From Chromatiaceae bacterium (lineage in GTDB: Bacteria; Pseudomonadota; Gammaproteobacteria; Chromatiales; Chromatiaceae), in contig JACKMT010000005.1 of assembly GCA_024235255.1 (NCBI GenBank), positions 39,836-103,835 of the forward strand: a DNA stretch of 64,000 nucleotides, in the 5' to 3' direction. Position numbers and translations under genes: made by a program. Position 1 is the stretch's first letter, and each line of letters begins with the position of its first letter. Shown in pieces: positions 9,103 through 18,631 of the stretch. The notes under the pieces were generated by a model. It was not told the DNA's origin and ran no database searches. It saw only the letters and a program-made list of their open reading frames with translations.

Positions 9103-10317
9103 ATGCCAATCGACCCATCCCTGCAGCATGGCCGGCGCGCCCGGTTGGATGTGCTGCCGTCGCCCGATCCGGACTCCCGCAGGCAGAGTGAGCACATGGT
9201 CAAACTGCTTACAGATCAGATTGTTAAGTTCGGCGGACGTCTTTCTTTCGATCGCTTTATGGAACTTGCACTGTATGCGCCCGGCCTGGGTTACTACAGT
9301 GCGGGATCGCGTAAGTTTGGAGACTCCGGCGATTTTATTACCGCACCGGAGACCTCAAATCTGTTCGCGCGCTGCCTGGCCCGGCAATGCCGCCAGGTGC
9401 TGGATGAAATAGGCGGCGGAGATGTGCTGGAATTTGGTGCCGGCTCCGGTGTGCTGGCAGCCGATCTTTTATTGGAGTTGCAGACACTCGGCAGCTTGCC
9501 CGATCGCTATCTGATCGTCGAGGTGAGTCCGGATCTAAAGGCGCGCCAGCAAGCACTGCTCAAGCAGCGACTGCCGGAACTGACGGATCGGATAGTCTGG
9601 CTCGAAGGATTCCCCAGGGCGGGCTTCCGCGGTCTGGTTGTCGCCAATGAGGTGCTGGATGCGATGCCGGTGCACCGTTTTCGAGTCGAACAGGAGCGGG
9701 TGCGGGAGCAGTACGTGGAGCTTGCTGAAGATCGGTTGCGCCTTACCTGGGGCGAAGCTTCGCCGGCACTGCTGAACGCGGTGCAACAGCTGCAGGAGAT
9801 GACCCGCGGTCTCCCGGCCGACTTCGAGTCCGAGCTTAACCTGAGAGCGGCGCCCTGGCTGCGGGCGCTCTCGGAAAAGCTGACGGCAGGCTTGATTCTG
9901 TTGATAGATTACGGGTACAGCAGGGCCGAATACTTTCACCCGCAGCGCAATCGGGGCACCTTGATGTGCCATTATCGCCACCGCGCCCATGCGGATCCGC
10001 TGTTCTTTCCGGGTCTGCAGGACATTACCGCAAATGTGGATTTTACCAGCCTGGCGGAGGCGGCGCTCGAGGTTGGGCTTAAGGTGGTTGGTTATACCAC
10101 CCAGGCTTTTTTTCTGCTGGGTTGCGGACTGGAACGGCTGTTGTCAGAGTCCAACCCGGAAGATGTTCAACGGCACTTCCTGCTCATGCAGGGCGTGAAG
10201 CGCTTGACACTGCCGTCGGAAATGGGCGAGCGCTTCAAAGTGCTGGGCCTGAGTCGCGGATTGAGTGCTGCAGTGCCGATCGGTTTTTCGCTGCAGGATA
10301 TGCGGGGCAGACTGTAA
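9103..10317 (+). CDS. class I SAM-dependent methyltransferase, DUF185 / MidA (NDUFAF7-like) family
   Basis: 404-aa ORF. YYSAGSRKFGDSGDFITAPETSNLFARCLA, LEFGAGSG, ANEVLDAMPVHRF. Confidence 0.75.
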   Translation: MPIDPSLQHGRRARLDVLPSPDPDSRRQSEHMVKLLTDQIVKFGGRLSFDRFMELALYAPGLGYYSAGSRKFGDSGDFITAPETSNLFARCLARQCRQVLDEIGGGDVLEFGAGSGVLAADLLLELQTLGSLPDRYLIVEVSPDLKARQQALLKQRLPELTDRIVWLEGFPRAGFRGLVVANEVLDAMPVHRFRVEQERVREQYVELAEDRLRLTWGEASPALLNAVQQLQEMTRGLPADFESELNLRAAPWLRALSEKLTAGLILLIDYGYSRAEYFHPQRNRGTLMCHYRHRAHADPLFFPGLQDITANVDFTSLAEAALEVGLKVVGYTTQAFFLLGCGLERLLSESNPEDVQRHFLLMQGVKRLTLPSEMGERFKVLGLSRGLSAAVPIGFSLQDMRGRL

Positions 10318-10357
10318 GGTGAGCTAACGGAAAAGCGATATACCGCCGCACCGCTTG

Positions 10358-11560
10358 TTACATTCGTGCTATCCATTCGCGCCTGATCACATCGATGCGC
10401 TGGATTCGGGCACGATCGATTCTAGCTCCGGTCTCCCTTCCGTCTTCCTCCGGTCTGGCAATGTCGCTGCCGTCTATTTGCCTGGCAGCCTGCAGTACCA
10501 GACGAAAGAAATCCGCCTGCGTGTAGCGCAGCTGTTCGTACCCTGGGCGCCCTCTCAGGTCCGCCGTGCAGGCAAGCAACAACTGCTCCATTCGTTCGGG
10601 GCGGCGCAGTGCATCCAGCTGCTTCAGCTTTTTCAGCAGCGTGGCAGGTTTGAGTTGCCAGGCACGATGGCAGTCGGTATGGAGGCGCGCGGTGGCAACG
10701 GCAAGTTCAAGGTAGTGATTGGGTGTCCGCAGCCGCCGGCACAGGGCTGCAGCCAAGCGGGCGCCCCGTAGTTCGTGACCGATGTGTCTTGGCCACTCTT
10801 CTCTGGGTGTGGTGCCTTTACCGACATCGTGCAGCAGCGCGGCCAGACGCACCTGGGGCTCCTCACTCAACTCACAGGCACGCTCCAGTGCCAGCAGGCT
10901 GTGTATTCCGGTGTCAATTTCGGGGTGGTGCGCTTCGGGCTGCGGAACGCCGAACAGGCAATCCAGCTCTGGCAGTATCTCCTTCAGTGCGCCGAGCGTT
11001 CTGAGTGAATCGAAAAAGAGCCAAGGCCGGGATTCGGCCAATGCTTTCACTATTTCACTCCAGACTCTTTCCGGTCGAATCCCGGCAAGTGCTTGACTTG
11101 CCGTCATCTCCTGCACCAGAGCGATGGTTTCAGGAGCAATTCGAAAGCCCATATCAGCCAGTCGGGCAGCCAATCGAGCCAGTCGCAAAATGCGGACCGG
11201 ATCCTGGCTGAAGCCGGGCGTGTGGCGCAGTACGCGCGCCTCGATGTCCCGCAGACCGGAGAGCGGATCGATGATCTCCCCGTCAGCCGCGATGGCGATG
11301 GCGTTCACGGTGAGGTCGCGCAGTAGCAGATCCTGCTTCACAATATCCCGCGTATTGCCCAGGTTTGTTGTACCGCGAGGCAGGGCGTATTCCTCTTTGG
11401 ATACTGGATGCAGGAATACTCTGAAATCCTTTCCAACCGGCTTGAAGCCGAGTTCGGCGAGCGTATCGCCGGTGGTGCCGGTGACCAGCCAATCCCGTTC
11501 AGTGACAGGTTGCCCCAATAGCATGTCTCGAACAGCGCCGCCAACAAGATAAGTATTCAT
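10358..11560 (-). CDS. cca: multifunctional CCA-adding tRNA nucleotidyltransferase with HD domain
   Basis: MNTYLVGGAVRDMLLG...RDLTVNAIA...LLHDVGKG. Start at codon 53 (MNTY) of ORF 10358-11716. Confidence 0.92.
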   Translation of the reverse strand: MNTYLVGGAVRDMLLGQPVTERDWLVTGTTGDTLAELGFKPVGKDFRVFLHPVSKEEYALPRGTTNLGNTRDIVKQDLLLRDLTVNAIAIAADGEIIDPLSGLRDIEARVLRHTPGFSQDPVRILRLARLAARLADMGFRIAPETIALVQEMTASQALAGIRPERVWSEIVKALAESRPWLFFDSLRTLGALKEILPELDCLFGVPQPEAHHPEIDTGIHSLLALERACELSEEPQVRLAALLHDVGKGTTPREEWPRHIGHELRGARLAAALCRRLRTPNHYLELAVATARLHTDCHRAWQLKPATLLKKLKQLDALRRPERMEQLLLACTADLRGRPGYEQLRYTQADFFRLVLQAARQIDGSDIARPEEDGRETGARIDRARIQRIDVIRREWIARM

Positions 11561-11811
11561 CGACCAGATGGTAGAATGCGACGGAGCATGCCGCAAGCGA
11601 GAGGCGCGCATTGAGTAAACGCATCTGAGTGCGGTCTTAAATAGTGTAGAGTGGTTAAATTGTAGAGCGTCAGGATTTTTTACAATGAACCCGTGAAAAC
11701 CCTGAAGAAAGGGCAAGAAAGTACAATCAAGTAATTGTATCTATTAGATAAATATGTTAATGGTGTGATACTTGCATTCATTAATGTGGTGATAAATGCA
11801 ATACCGGTTTT

Positions 11812-12456
11812 ATGCGGTTTCGGAGTATCGATTTGAATCTGTTAGGGAAATTGACGGCGGTACTTTTGCTCACCCTTGTATCGGGTATGGCGTCGGCTAA
11901 GATAACCGGAAGTCTGCTCATGGCTTCGCTTGCAGAACCCCGCGATGTCGGTGGACTGACTGGTTTCGATCTGATTATAAGGACGGGGACCCTCGGCGCT
12001 CCACCCGGCATCACCAGTCCACTCTGGTCTGGGGGCATAACCATTGCCTTTGATCCGAACGTACTCTCGTTTCATTCGTTTGAATTTGCTTTCACCGGTC
12101 CTAACACCAGCAGCTATTTGCCGATGCTGAACTCTGGGTGTGCCACTGTCGCTCTTACTGCCTGTTACTCCGGGATCCAATTTAAACCGGGCGATCCACC
12201 CTCCCCTTATGATACTGAGGTGATTGGAGGCCTCAGATTGGGCACTTTCCTCTTCAACTACCTGGGAGGGGAGAGTCTGCTCGAACTTGGAGAAGATCCC
12301 GGTGCACCGTTTAAGTTTTATTTAAATAGCAGTGAGCGGACCTACGAAGAGACGCAGTTTTCCAATGCATCTATTGTTCCTTTGCCGCTCGCTGCCTGGT
12401 TGATGCTGAGCGGCCTTACTGTATTGGGCGCTTTTGGTTTCAGAAAATCTCGCTAG
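11812..12456 (+). CDS. secreted protein with PEP-CTERM-like (VPLPA-CTERM type) C-terminal sorting signal
   Basis: 214-aa ORF. N-terminal signal peptide (LLLTLVSGMASA). C-terminus IVPLPLAAWLMLSGLTVLGAFGFRKSR, i.e. motif plus TM helix plus basic tail. AT-richer surroundings. Confidence 0.6.
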   Translation: MRFRSIDLNLLGKLTAVLLLTLVSGMASAKITGSLLMASLAEPRDVGGLTGFDLIIRTGTLGAPPGITSPLWSGGITIAFDPNVLSFHSFEFAFTGPNTSSYLPMLNSGCATVALTACYSGIQFKPGDPPSPYDTEVIGGLRLGTFLFNYLGGESLLELGEDPGAPFKFYLNSSERTYEETQFSNASIVPLPLAAWLMLSGLTVLGAFGFRKSR

Positions 12457-12564
12457 CAACCGTTTCTTGTAACGAAAATAGGCTGCCGCCAACCAAGCGG
12501 TGGCTTTTTTCGTTTATCCTGGTTGAAATAATAAGTCGGTTTCCTCTCTGCTAGGATCGCTTAT

Positions 12565-13632
12565 TTGGTGAAGTACATGCCCAAAGTATTCCCAGCGCTA
12601 CTCTTGTTGGTGCCTCTTTTGAGCGGTTGCGGTTCAGTCTCTTACTACAGTCAGGCGATTTCGGGTCATCTCTCTCTAATGGCCAAGCGTCAACCCATTC
12701 GGCAGCTGCTGGAACAGAGTACAACTGATGGCGTGCTGAAGGAGCGACTGCTGCTGGCGCAGTCGATACGCGATTTCGCTTCCGACACCCTTAAGCTTCC
12801 AGACAACGGCAGTTACCGAAGTTTCGTCCCGGTGGAGGGGGAGGCTGTGGTCTGGAGTCTGGTTGCGACCGGAAAGTTTTCCGTCGAACCGAAACAGTGG
12901 TGCTACCTGGTGATCGGTTGTGCCAGTTATCGGGGATACTTCGACCTCGGCGACGCCCAGAGGTACAAGTCAAAACTCGAGGCGGAGGGGTTGGATGTTG
13001 CATTGGATCCCGTGCCGGCTTATTCAACCCTTGGCTGGTTCGATGATCCCCTCCCCGGAACGGTTATCCGATGGCGTGATTGGCAGCTCGCCGGACTGAT
13101 TTTTCATGAACTGGCACACCAACGACTCTATGTCACCGATAACAGTGCCTTTAACGAAGCATTCGCCAATCAAGTTCAGCAGGCCGGAGTCGCCAGATGG
13201 CTGGAGTCAGCGCGATCCCCTCAGGAGCGCGAGGCCTGGCAGCTTTCGCAGCAGCGGCAACGAGCGTTTGTTCAGCTTTTGATGGAGACGCGCAACCGTT
13301 TGAAGGTACTTTATGGATCGTCTGCAAGCGAGTTGGAGAAGACGCGTGGCAAGGAGGCTGAATTCAATCGCCTTACTGCAGATTATCAGAGATTGAAACA
13401 GCGCTGGGACGGATATAGCGGTTACGACGTCTGGTTCCAGCGCCGGCTCAACAACGCAAGGCTGGCGTCGATTGCAACCTATGAGGAGTGGACGCCGGTT
13501 TTCGAGCTGCTGCTAAAACGCGCCAACGGAAAATTGGAGGATTTTTATGCGGCCAGCGAAAGGCTGGGTGAATTACCGCCCGCTCAACGTTTGGTGCAGA
13601 TACAAGCACTGCGGCGTGCTGCCGAATATTGA
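12565..13632 (+). CDS. putative zinc aminopeptidase lipoprotein (DUF2265/PF10023-like)
   Basis: 355-aa ORF. Lipobox LLSGC after the signal peptide, FHELAHQ zinc motif. Start may be MPKV at 12577. Confidence 0.7.
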   Translation: MVKYMPKVFPALLLLVPLLSGCGSVSYYSQAISGHLSLMAKRQPIRQLLEQSTTDGVLKERLLLAQSIRDFASDTLKLPDNGSYRSFVPVEGEAVVWSLVATGKFSVEPKQWCYLVIGCASYRGYFDLGDAQRYKSKLEAEGLDVALDPVPAYSTLGWFDDPLPGTVIRWRDWQLAGLIFHELAHQRLYVTDNSAFNEAFANQVQQAGVARWLESARSPQEREAWQLSQQRQRAFVQLLMETRNRLKVLYGSSASELEKTRGKEAEFNRLTADYQRLKQRWDGYSGYDVWFQRRLNNARLASIATYEEWTPVFELLLKRANGKLEDFYAASERLGELPPAQRLVQIQALRRAAEY

Positions 13633-13649
13633 CAAAGCGGCAGGCAGGT

Positions 13650-14603
13650 TCAGATTTGCCGACGCAATTGCTGATAAAGGCGCCGAGCTGATTTATCCGC
13701 CAGCATGTAGGGCACGACACTGTCGATGCTGGTAGGAAAAATACCCAGTTCGTTCAGTCCGTCTTTGCTGCACAGGCTATTTACCTGCAGCGAAAGGTAG
13801 TTGTCGTAACTGAACGGCTTTCCCGGCAGCTTGCCGAGAATCCTGGCCTGCAGCTGAGATGCCCGGTCGCCCAGTCCGATAATCCGTTTGTTTAAGCCAG
13901 ACTGCACGGCGGTGTACTCTACCAGCTCCTGCAGTGTGAAGGATTCCGGACCGCATAGTTCATAGTGTTTCCCCCAGGTCTCTTTGTTGGCCAAAGCCCG
14001 CACGAAGGCTTCCGCCACGTCGCCGACGAAGACAGGCGCGAAACGCGTGTCCGGACACGCCAGGGGAAACGGTCCGGGCAGAGATGCGAGCAGGCCGGCA
14101 AAGCGGTTGAAAAAACTATCACCCGGACCGAAGATGACAGATGGTCGAAAACTGGTTACTTTGAGTTGAGGCTTGCCCAGTGTGTGGGTACGGTTCTCCG
14201 CCTCACCCTTGGTTTTCAGGTATAGCGATGGCCCGCTGGATTCATTGGCATTAAGCGCGCTCATATGCAGAAGCCGGGTAATGCCCGATGTCTTGCAGGC
14301 CTCTACCACCCGGTCCGCGAGCTCAACATGAATGTGGTGGAAATCTTTGCCCACGCGGTTTTCGTTGAGTATGCCAACCAGATTGATAGCGGCTTCGCAT
14401 CCTTCCATTGCGCCGCCAAGCTGCTGCCGGTCGAATAGGTCCAGGCTGATCAACTCAACCTCCCCTCCCGCCTTTATTTCCCGGTGTCGCTGCGGGTGGC
14501 GGGTGGGGATTCTGACCTTAATGCCACAACTATTCAGGCGGCTGGTCAAATAGGAACCCACAAAACCGCAGCCCCCCAGCATGCATACTCTATTTATTCT
14601 CAT
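13650..14603 (-). CDS. NAD(P)H-binding epimerase/SDR, complex I NDUFA9 subunit family protein
   Basis: 317-aa ORF. GGCGFVGSYL Rossmann motif. Overall resemblance to NDUFA9-like bacterial proteins. Confidence 0.72.
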   Translation of the reverse strand: MRINRVCMLGGCGFVGSYLTSRLNSCGIKVRIPTRHPQRHREIKAGGEVELISLDLFDRQQLGGAMEGCEAAINLVGILNENRVGKDFHHIHVELADRVVEACKTSGITRLLHMSALNANESSGPSLYLKTKGEAENRTHTLGKPQLKVTSFRPSVIFGPGDSFFNRFAGLLASLPGPFPLACPDTRFAPVFVGDVAEAFVRALANKETWGKHYELCGPESFTLQELVEYTAVQSGLNKRIIGLGDRASQLQARILGKLPGKPFSYDNYLSLQVNSLCSKDGLNELGIFPTSIDSVVPYMLADKSARRLYQQLRRQI

Positions 14604-14688
14604 GGCTTACTGTGTCCGTGATTAAGGGTTTCATCAAAGTCGAATGGCAGCTTTCGAACAAGTTGATGTGACACCCTCTCTTCGGTTC

Positions 14689-15321
14689 TCAACGGTTGAT
14701 TCGGCGGAAAAGCAGTAAATTTCCGGAATTGTCACGTAGCACCAGCTTGTCGTTATGCAGCGCAAATTCATAGTAACGTTTATAGCGGCTCTCCCGCGCC
14801 TGCATAGAGAGTATGTTATCTGACTCTGTAAGCAAATATCCCTCGCTGTAACGGTCCGAACTCTGGGATATTCTGAAGCGGTTATTGACAACGGATAATA
14901 TGTTACCCACAGCATCTTCCCACTCCCCGTCGAGCGGGGTGGCTCTGGACCAGTCAGGGCGCCAGTTATAGTAAGGCGTATTGATTGGCGGAGAAAAGTT
15001 TCTGAAATCCGGTAAAAAACTCATGCCCCCAGGACCCCAGGGCGACAGCATGGGTGACAGGGGCACTCCATTCATGTTCATTGGTGGGCCGCTACCCCAG
15101 GAGGGTGTACCTGCTAACCAGGAAGAGTGGTTCGGTTCCCTGCGGATCCAATCATTATCGCGCTCCTTGGTGCGTTTCTGGAAGGTTGACGAAAAGGCGT
15201 CCATCATATCGAACATGGATTCCGCCAACGGCAGATAGCGGTTTGATTGGTCGGAGAGAGCATTGGCCGAATAGATCAGTGCGACCAAGATAAAACGGGA
15301 GAATAGAATTCGTTTATTCAT
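14689..15321 (-). CDS. hypothetical secreted protein, Trp/Pro/Gly/Asn-rich centre
   Basis: 210-aa ORF with signal peptide MNKRILFSRFILVALIYSANALS. No family recognised. Confidence 0.5.
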   Translation of the reverse strand: MNKRILFSRFILVALIYSANALSDQSNRYLPLAESMFDMMDAFSSTFQKRTKERDNDWIRREPNHSSWLAGTPSWGSGPPMNMNGVPLSPMLSPWGPGGMSFLPDFRNFSPPINTPYYNWRPDWSRATPLDGEWEDAVGNILSVVNNRFRISQSSDRYSEGYLLTESDNILSMQARESRYKRYYEFALHNDKLVLRDNSGNLLLFRRINR

Positions 15322-15628
15322 CCTTTTGCGGCGGCAGTTGCTTTATAGTCCATGCTCTCCATTCAGAATTAGCTCCAAGTTTACTCTGGTGCACGGTTAA
15401 AGTGTATTGAACCGCTTTGTCGGCAGGTCTGGTTTCGGTGGGAATTAATCTTGACAGATTGATATCTCAGTCGCTCTGACAAGCGGCCGGTGCCGGGAAC
15501 ATATTGTTGGATTGAGTTCCGCTTGCTTGTACACGGCAAGCATGTTGCTTCTATTGAAGTGCCGGAGCTGTGTTAGAATCGGTCTTAATTAGCGCCAATC
15601 AATCGATTAAATCAAAGAGTCAGATATC

Positions 15629-16078
15629 ATGTCGACGCAACAAGATAACGATGGAACCGAGCGACGGATACGCACCCGTGTAATGGTCGATAAATGGCTC
15701 GCGGAGCGGCAAGAGATGCTGGTGTTATATTGCCAGTTGGCAGGCTTGGAACCCTACACACCTGAGCGGTCGAGCAAGGATCTGTTGCGCAGGTTCTGCC
15801 AGGTACTGGTGGACTATATCGCCTTCGGGCATTTCGAGGTTTATAACCGGATTAGCCAGGGTGACGAGCGCCGTACGCGGGTATTGCAGGTCGCTGAAGA
15901 GGTTTATCCGAAAATCGCCGAAGTAGCGGAGATATCTGTCGCATTTAACGATAAATACGATACGGAGAATCATGAGCAGGCGATGGATCAGCTGGATGAG
16001 GATCTTTCCATGCTCGGGGTTCAACTTGCCAGTCGAATAGAGCTGGAAGACCGGGTGGTGAAGGCGCTGCTGCGTTGA
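15629..16078 (+). CDS. rsd: sigma-70 regulator Rsd/AlgQ family
   Basis: 149-aa ORF. VDKWLAERQEMLVLYCQLAG and FCQVLVDYIAFGHFEVY are hallmark Rsd/AlgQ segments. Confidence 0.85.
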   Translation: MSTQQDNDGTERRIRTRVMVDKWLAERQEMLVLYCQLAGLEPYTPERSSKDLLRRFCQVLVDYIAFGHFEVYNRISQGDERRTRVLQVAEEVYPKIAEVAEISVAFNDKYDTENHEQAMDQLDEDLSMLGVQLASRIELEDRVVKALLR

Positions 16079-16144
16079 TTCGCTACGATAGGTTTGGCGC
16101 GGATTTAGTAGCTTACAGGATGAGTCTGATGCACTCCCCTGTTC

Positions 16145-18631
16145 ATGCCGGATGTCGTCTGTCTGTCTGCCGCCGATGTCATGTTTGAACAGCTGAAGAA
16201 GCGCCTGTTCTGGCAGCCGGAATTGAATGAGTTCCTGGCTCCTATGCGTGTGACCAACGCTTTCGATCTTGGTTTCGAGCGCTTCTCCAAGGGCATCGAC
16301 AACACGCGAATTGATGTTGTTCTCAGTCCCAAGTTCATGCATCACACCCATCTGTGGATTCGTCAGGAGCTTTCCGAATACACCGCTGGTCGTCCGGCTG
16401 ATGCGCGCCCCCGCAGTGACGGATCAGCGCTGATGCGCCTCAAAGAGGCGTATGCGGGTATGATGGCGGTGGCCGTCGACCTGGCGAAAAAGAGATCACG
16501 CCCCGGCCTGATACCCTTGCTTCAATTTGGTGTCGTGAAGTTCCTGTTGCAAGTGACGGCTGAAGAGATTGAACGCCTGCAGGCGCAACTCCAGCAGTCA
16601 CGGGAGGCGAATAAATCGCATGCCAGTGGACGGGCGGTGATGATTCACGAACGTTTAGTGGCTCTTTCCAAGGATGATTCCGCGTTTCGCTACCGGATAT
16701 ATCGCAAGCTGTTCCGGGAAATTCTGAAACTGGAGGAGATCAGTCTCTGTAAAATCAGAAAATCGGTGCTTGAAATCGACTGGCCGGTGCCGAAGGGAAT
16801 CCTGTTCAATCCGCTGCTGCAAATTCCCTCGGTGTGGGCGGACGAACAGTGGATGAACCACTATCCACTGGCTTTCAATGACCGGCAGGACCCGCAGGTA
16901 TTTGATCAGGTCAACAGGCTTGTCGTCGGAATTTTCAGAGACTATCTGCCGAGCTATGTTTGGCCGGCGGAGGTTTCTTACTTTTTTGACGGGAAGGATG
17001 CCTGGAAAAAACGGGTAGCGGCCTCAAAACGGCACCAGGACAAAGAGGTCCTGAGCGGGTTGTATGAGATCAGCGATCTACTTGAGTACGGGCTGCAGGC
17101 GGATGAATATGAACAAGATCACATCTCCTGGCTTGATACACCGGAGAATATGATCTCCCTGCTAAATTCTGCGGAACCTCAAAGATGGCTGCGCATCGAT
17201 CCCGCTGATAACAAGATTACCCCATTGTGGAGCCATGAACATTGGCCGCAATTTCATAACCGCGTGTTGCGGCGGATCTTCCGAGAACTGCGTAAGCACG
17301 GGCTTGGACACAAGATTATCGCCAGTTATACCGCTCCTCCGCTGTATCAGGAGCTGGAAGGACGGCTACCGGTGCGCCTGATCTATTACTATCTTGCCAA
17401 TATGCTTCCCAGGCGGGCTCTGGTGCGTCGGCTGCGTGGTATGCAGCCGGCGATGGATGTGGAAGGGACCATGCGGCTGCTGGACAGCGCCACGTTGAAT
17501 GGGACGCGCATCTCCACCGCGTACCGGCACCGGCAGATGATTAGATTTCTGGTTGACTTCACGGTGCTTCGGCGCGATTTGAAGCAGGCTTATCGTGCGC
17601 ATCAGGTCATGAACGGGATTAGAGTGCTTGCCCGGTCTGCCGATATAGAGCTTTCCAGGGACAACGCGACACTCAATGAGTTCGTGTTGTCGGAGGAGCA
17701 AAAACCGGAGCAGAACAGAATTCGCAGTCATGTTGTGTTGAAGGCGGATGTGCGCGGGTCTACCGAGATGATCCACGAATTGCGCAAACGGAAGCTCAAT
17801 CCTGCATCCCATTTCAGCCGCAATTTTTTTGAGCCGATCAACCGGCTGCTCGCCATCTATGGGGCAAAGAAGACCTTCGTCGAGGGCGATGCGGTTATTC
17901 TCAGTCTGTTTGAGTATGAGGACAGCAAATATCAGTGGTTGTGCGTCTCCCTTGCCTGCGGGCTTGCCAGCAAAATTCTCAAAGTGGTGGATACCCGTAA
18001 CATCGAAAGCCGTGAAAACGGGCTGCCTGAACTGGAGCTCGGGCTCGGCATCGCCTTTCTCAACGAAGCCCCGACTTTTCTCTCGGATGAGGAGCGGGAA
18101 ATCATGATTTCACCGGCGATAAACCGCGCTGACGAACTGTCATCCTGCTCGGCTCTATTGCGCAAGAGCGATTTCGCGAACGGTCTGGGTCGGGGTGTTG
18201 AGGTGGTTGCCGCGAGTGGTCTGCCGATTATTGAAAAGGACAGCAGCGACCGTATGATGCGCTATAACGTCAACGGAATCGAACTGGATACGCCGGCTTT
18301 CGTTAAGTTGCAATCGGAGCTGGCGCTGAAAGTGGTTCGGCTGGAAGATGGGATCTACCCTGGTGGGGCGCGTTTTTATGTGGGTAAATATGCCGATCTG
18401 CAGGGCAAAAGCCATTGGCTGGTGGTAAGGGAGGCGCCGGTTCGTGTGTGGAAAGGCGGCAGACCCGGCGAGGGTGAACAGTACGGACACAGATTTTATC
18501 AGGTGGTCACAGATGCCGATGTGATTGCCAGGATTCTGGCGCAGCTGAACGAATCACAGGAGGAGACTGAAAAGTCTGAGCCTGCGGCGAAGGAGACGCC
18601 ACCACCTAAAGAGATGCATTACGAATTTTGA
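16145..18631 (+). CDS. large cytoplasmic protein of unknown function with a C-terminal class III nucleotidyl-cyclase-like region
   Basis: 828-aa ORF with no TM segments. LKADVRGST...(47 aa)...VEGDAVILSLF...GLGIAF...SPAINRADELSS resembles a cyclase homology domain. The 3' end overlaps the convergent slt by 26 nt. Start may be the internal MFEQL. Confidence 0.6.
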   Translation: MPDVVCLSAADVMFEQLKKRLFWQPELNEFLAPMRVTNAFDLGFERFSKGIDNTRIDVVLSPKFMHHTHLWIRQELSEYTAGRPADARPRSDGSALMRLKEAYAGMMAVAVDLAKKRSRPGLIPLLQFGVVKFLLQVTAEEIERLQAQLQQSREANKSHASGRAVMIHERLVALSKDDSAFRYRIYRKLFREILKLEEISLCKIRKSVLEIDWPVPKGILFNPLLQIPSVWADEQWMNHYPLAFNDRQDPQVFDQVNRLVVGIFRDYLPSYVWPAEVSYFFDGKDAWKKRVAASKRHQDKEVLSGLYEISDLLEYGLQADEYEQDHISWLDTPENMISLLNSAEPQRWLRIDPADNKITPLWSHEHWPQFHNRVLRRIFRELRKHGLGHKIIASYTAPPLYQELEGRLPVRLIYYYLANMLPRRALVRRLRGMQPAMDVEGTMRLLDSATLNGTRISTAYRHRQMIRFLVDFTVLRRDLKQAYRAHQVMNGIRVLARSADIELSRDNATLNEFVLSEEQKPEQNRIRSHVVLKADVRGSTEMIHELRKRKLNPASHFSRNFFEPINRLLAIYGAKKTFVEGDAVILSLFEYEDSKYQWLCVSLACGLASKILKVVDTRNIESRENGLPELELGLGIAFLNEAPTFLSDEEREIMISPAINRADELSSCSALLRKSDFANGLGRGVEVVAASGLPIIEKDSSDRMMRYNVNGIELDTPAFVKLQSELALKVVRLEDGIYPGGARFYVGKYADLQGKSHWLVVREAPVRVWKGGRPGEGEQYGHRFYQVVTDADVIARILAQLNESQEETEKSEPAAKETPPPKEMHYEF

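Noticed and set aside
15571-15579. Extended -10-like element tgttagaat upstream of rsd
   Set aside because: It is a plausible promoter element, but there is no acceptable -35 at proper spacing and no supporting data. Not reported as a feature.
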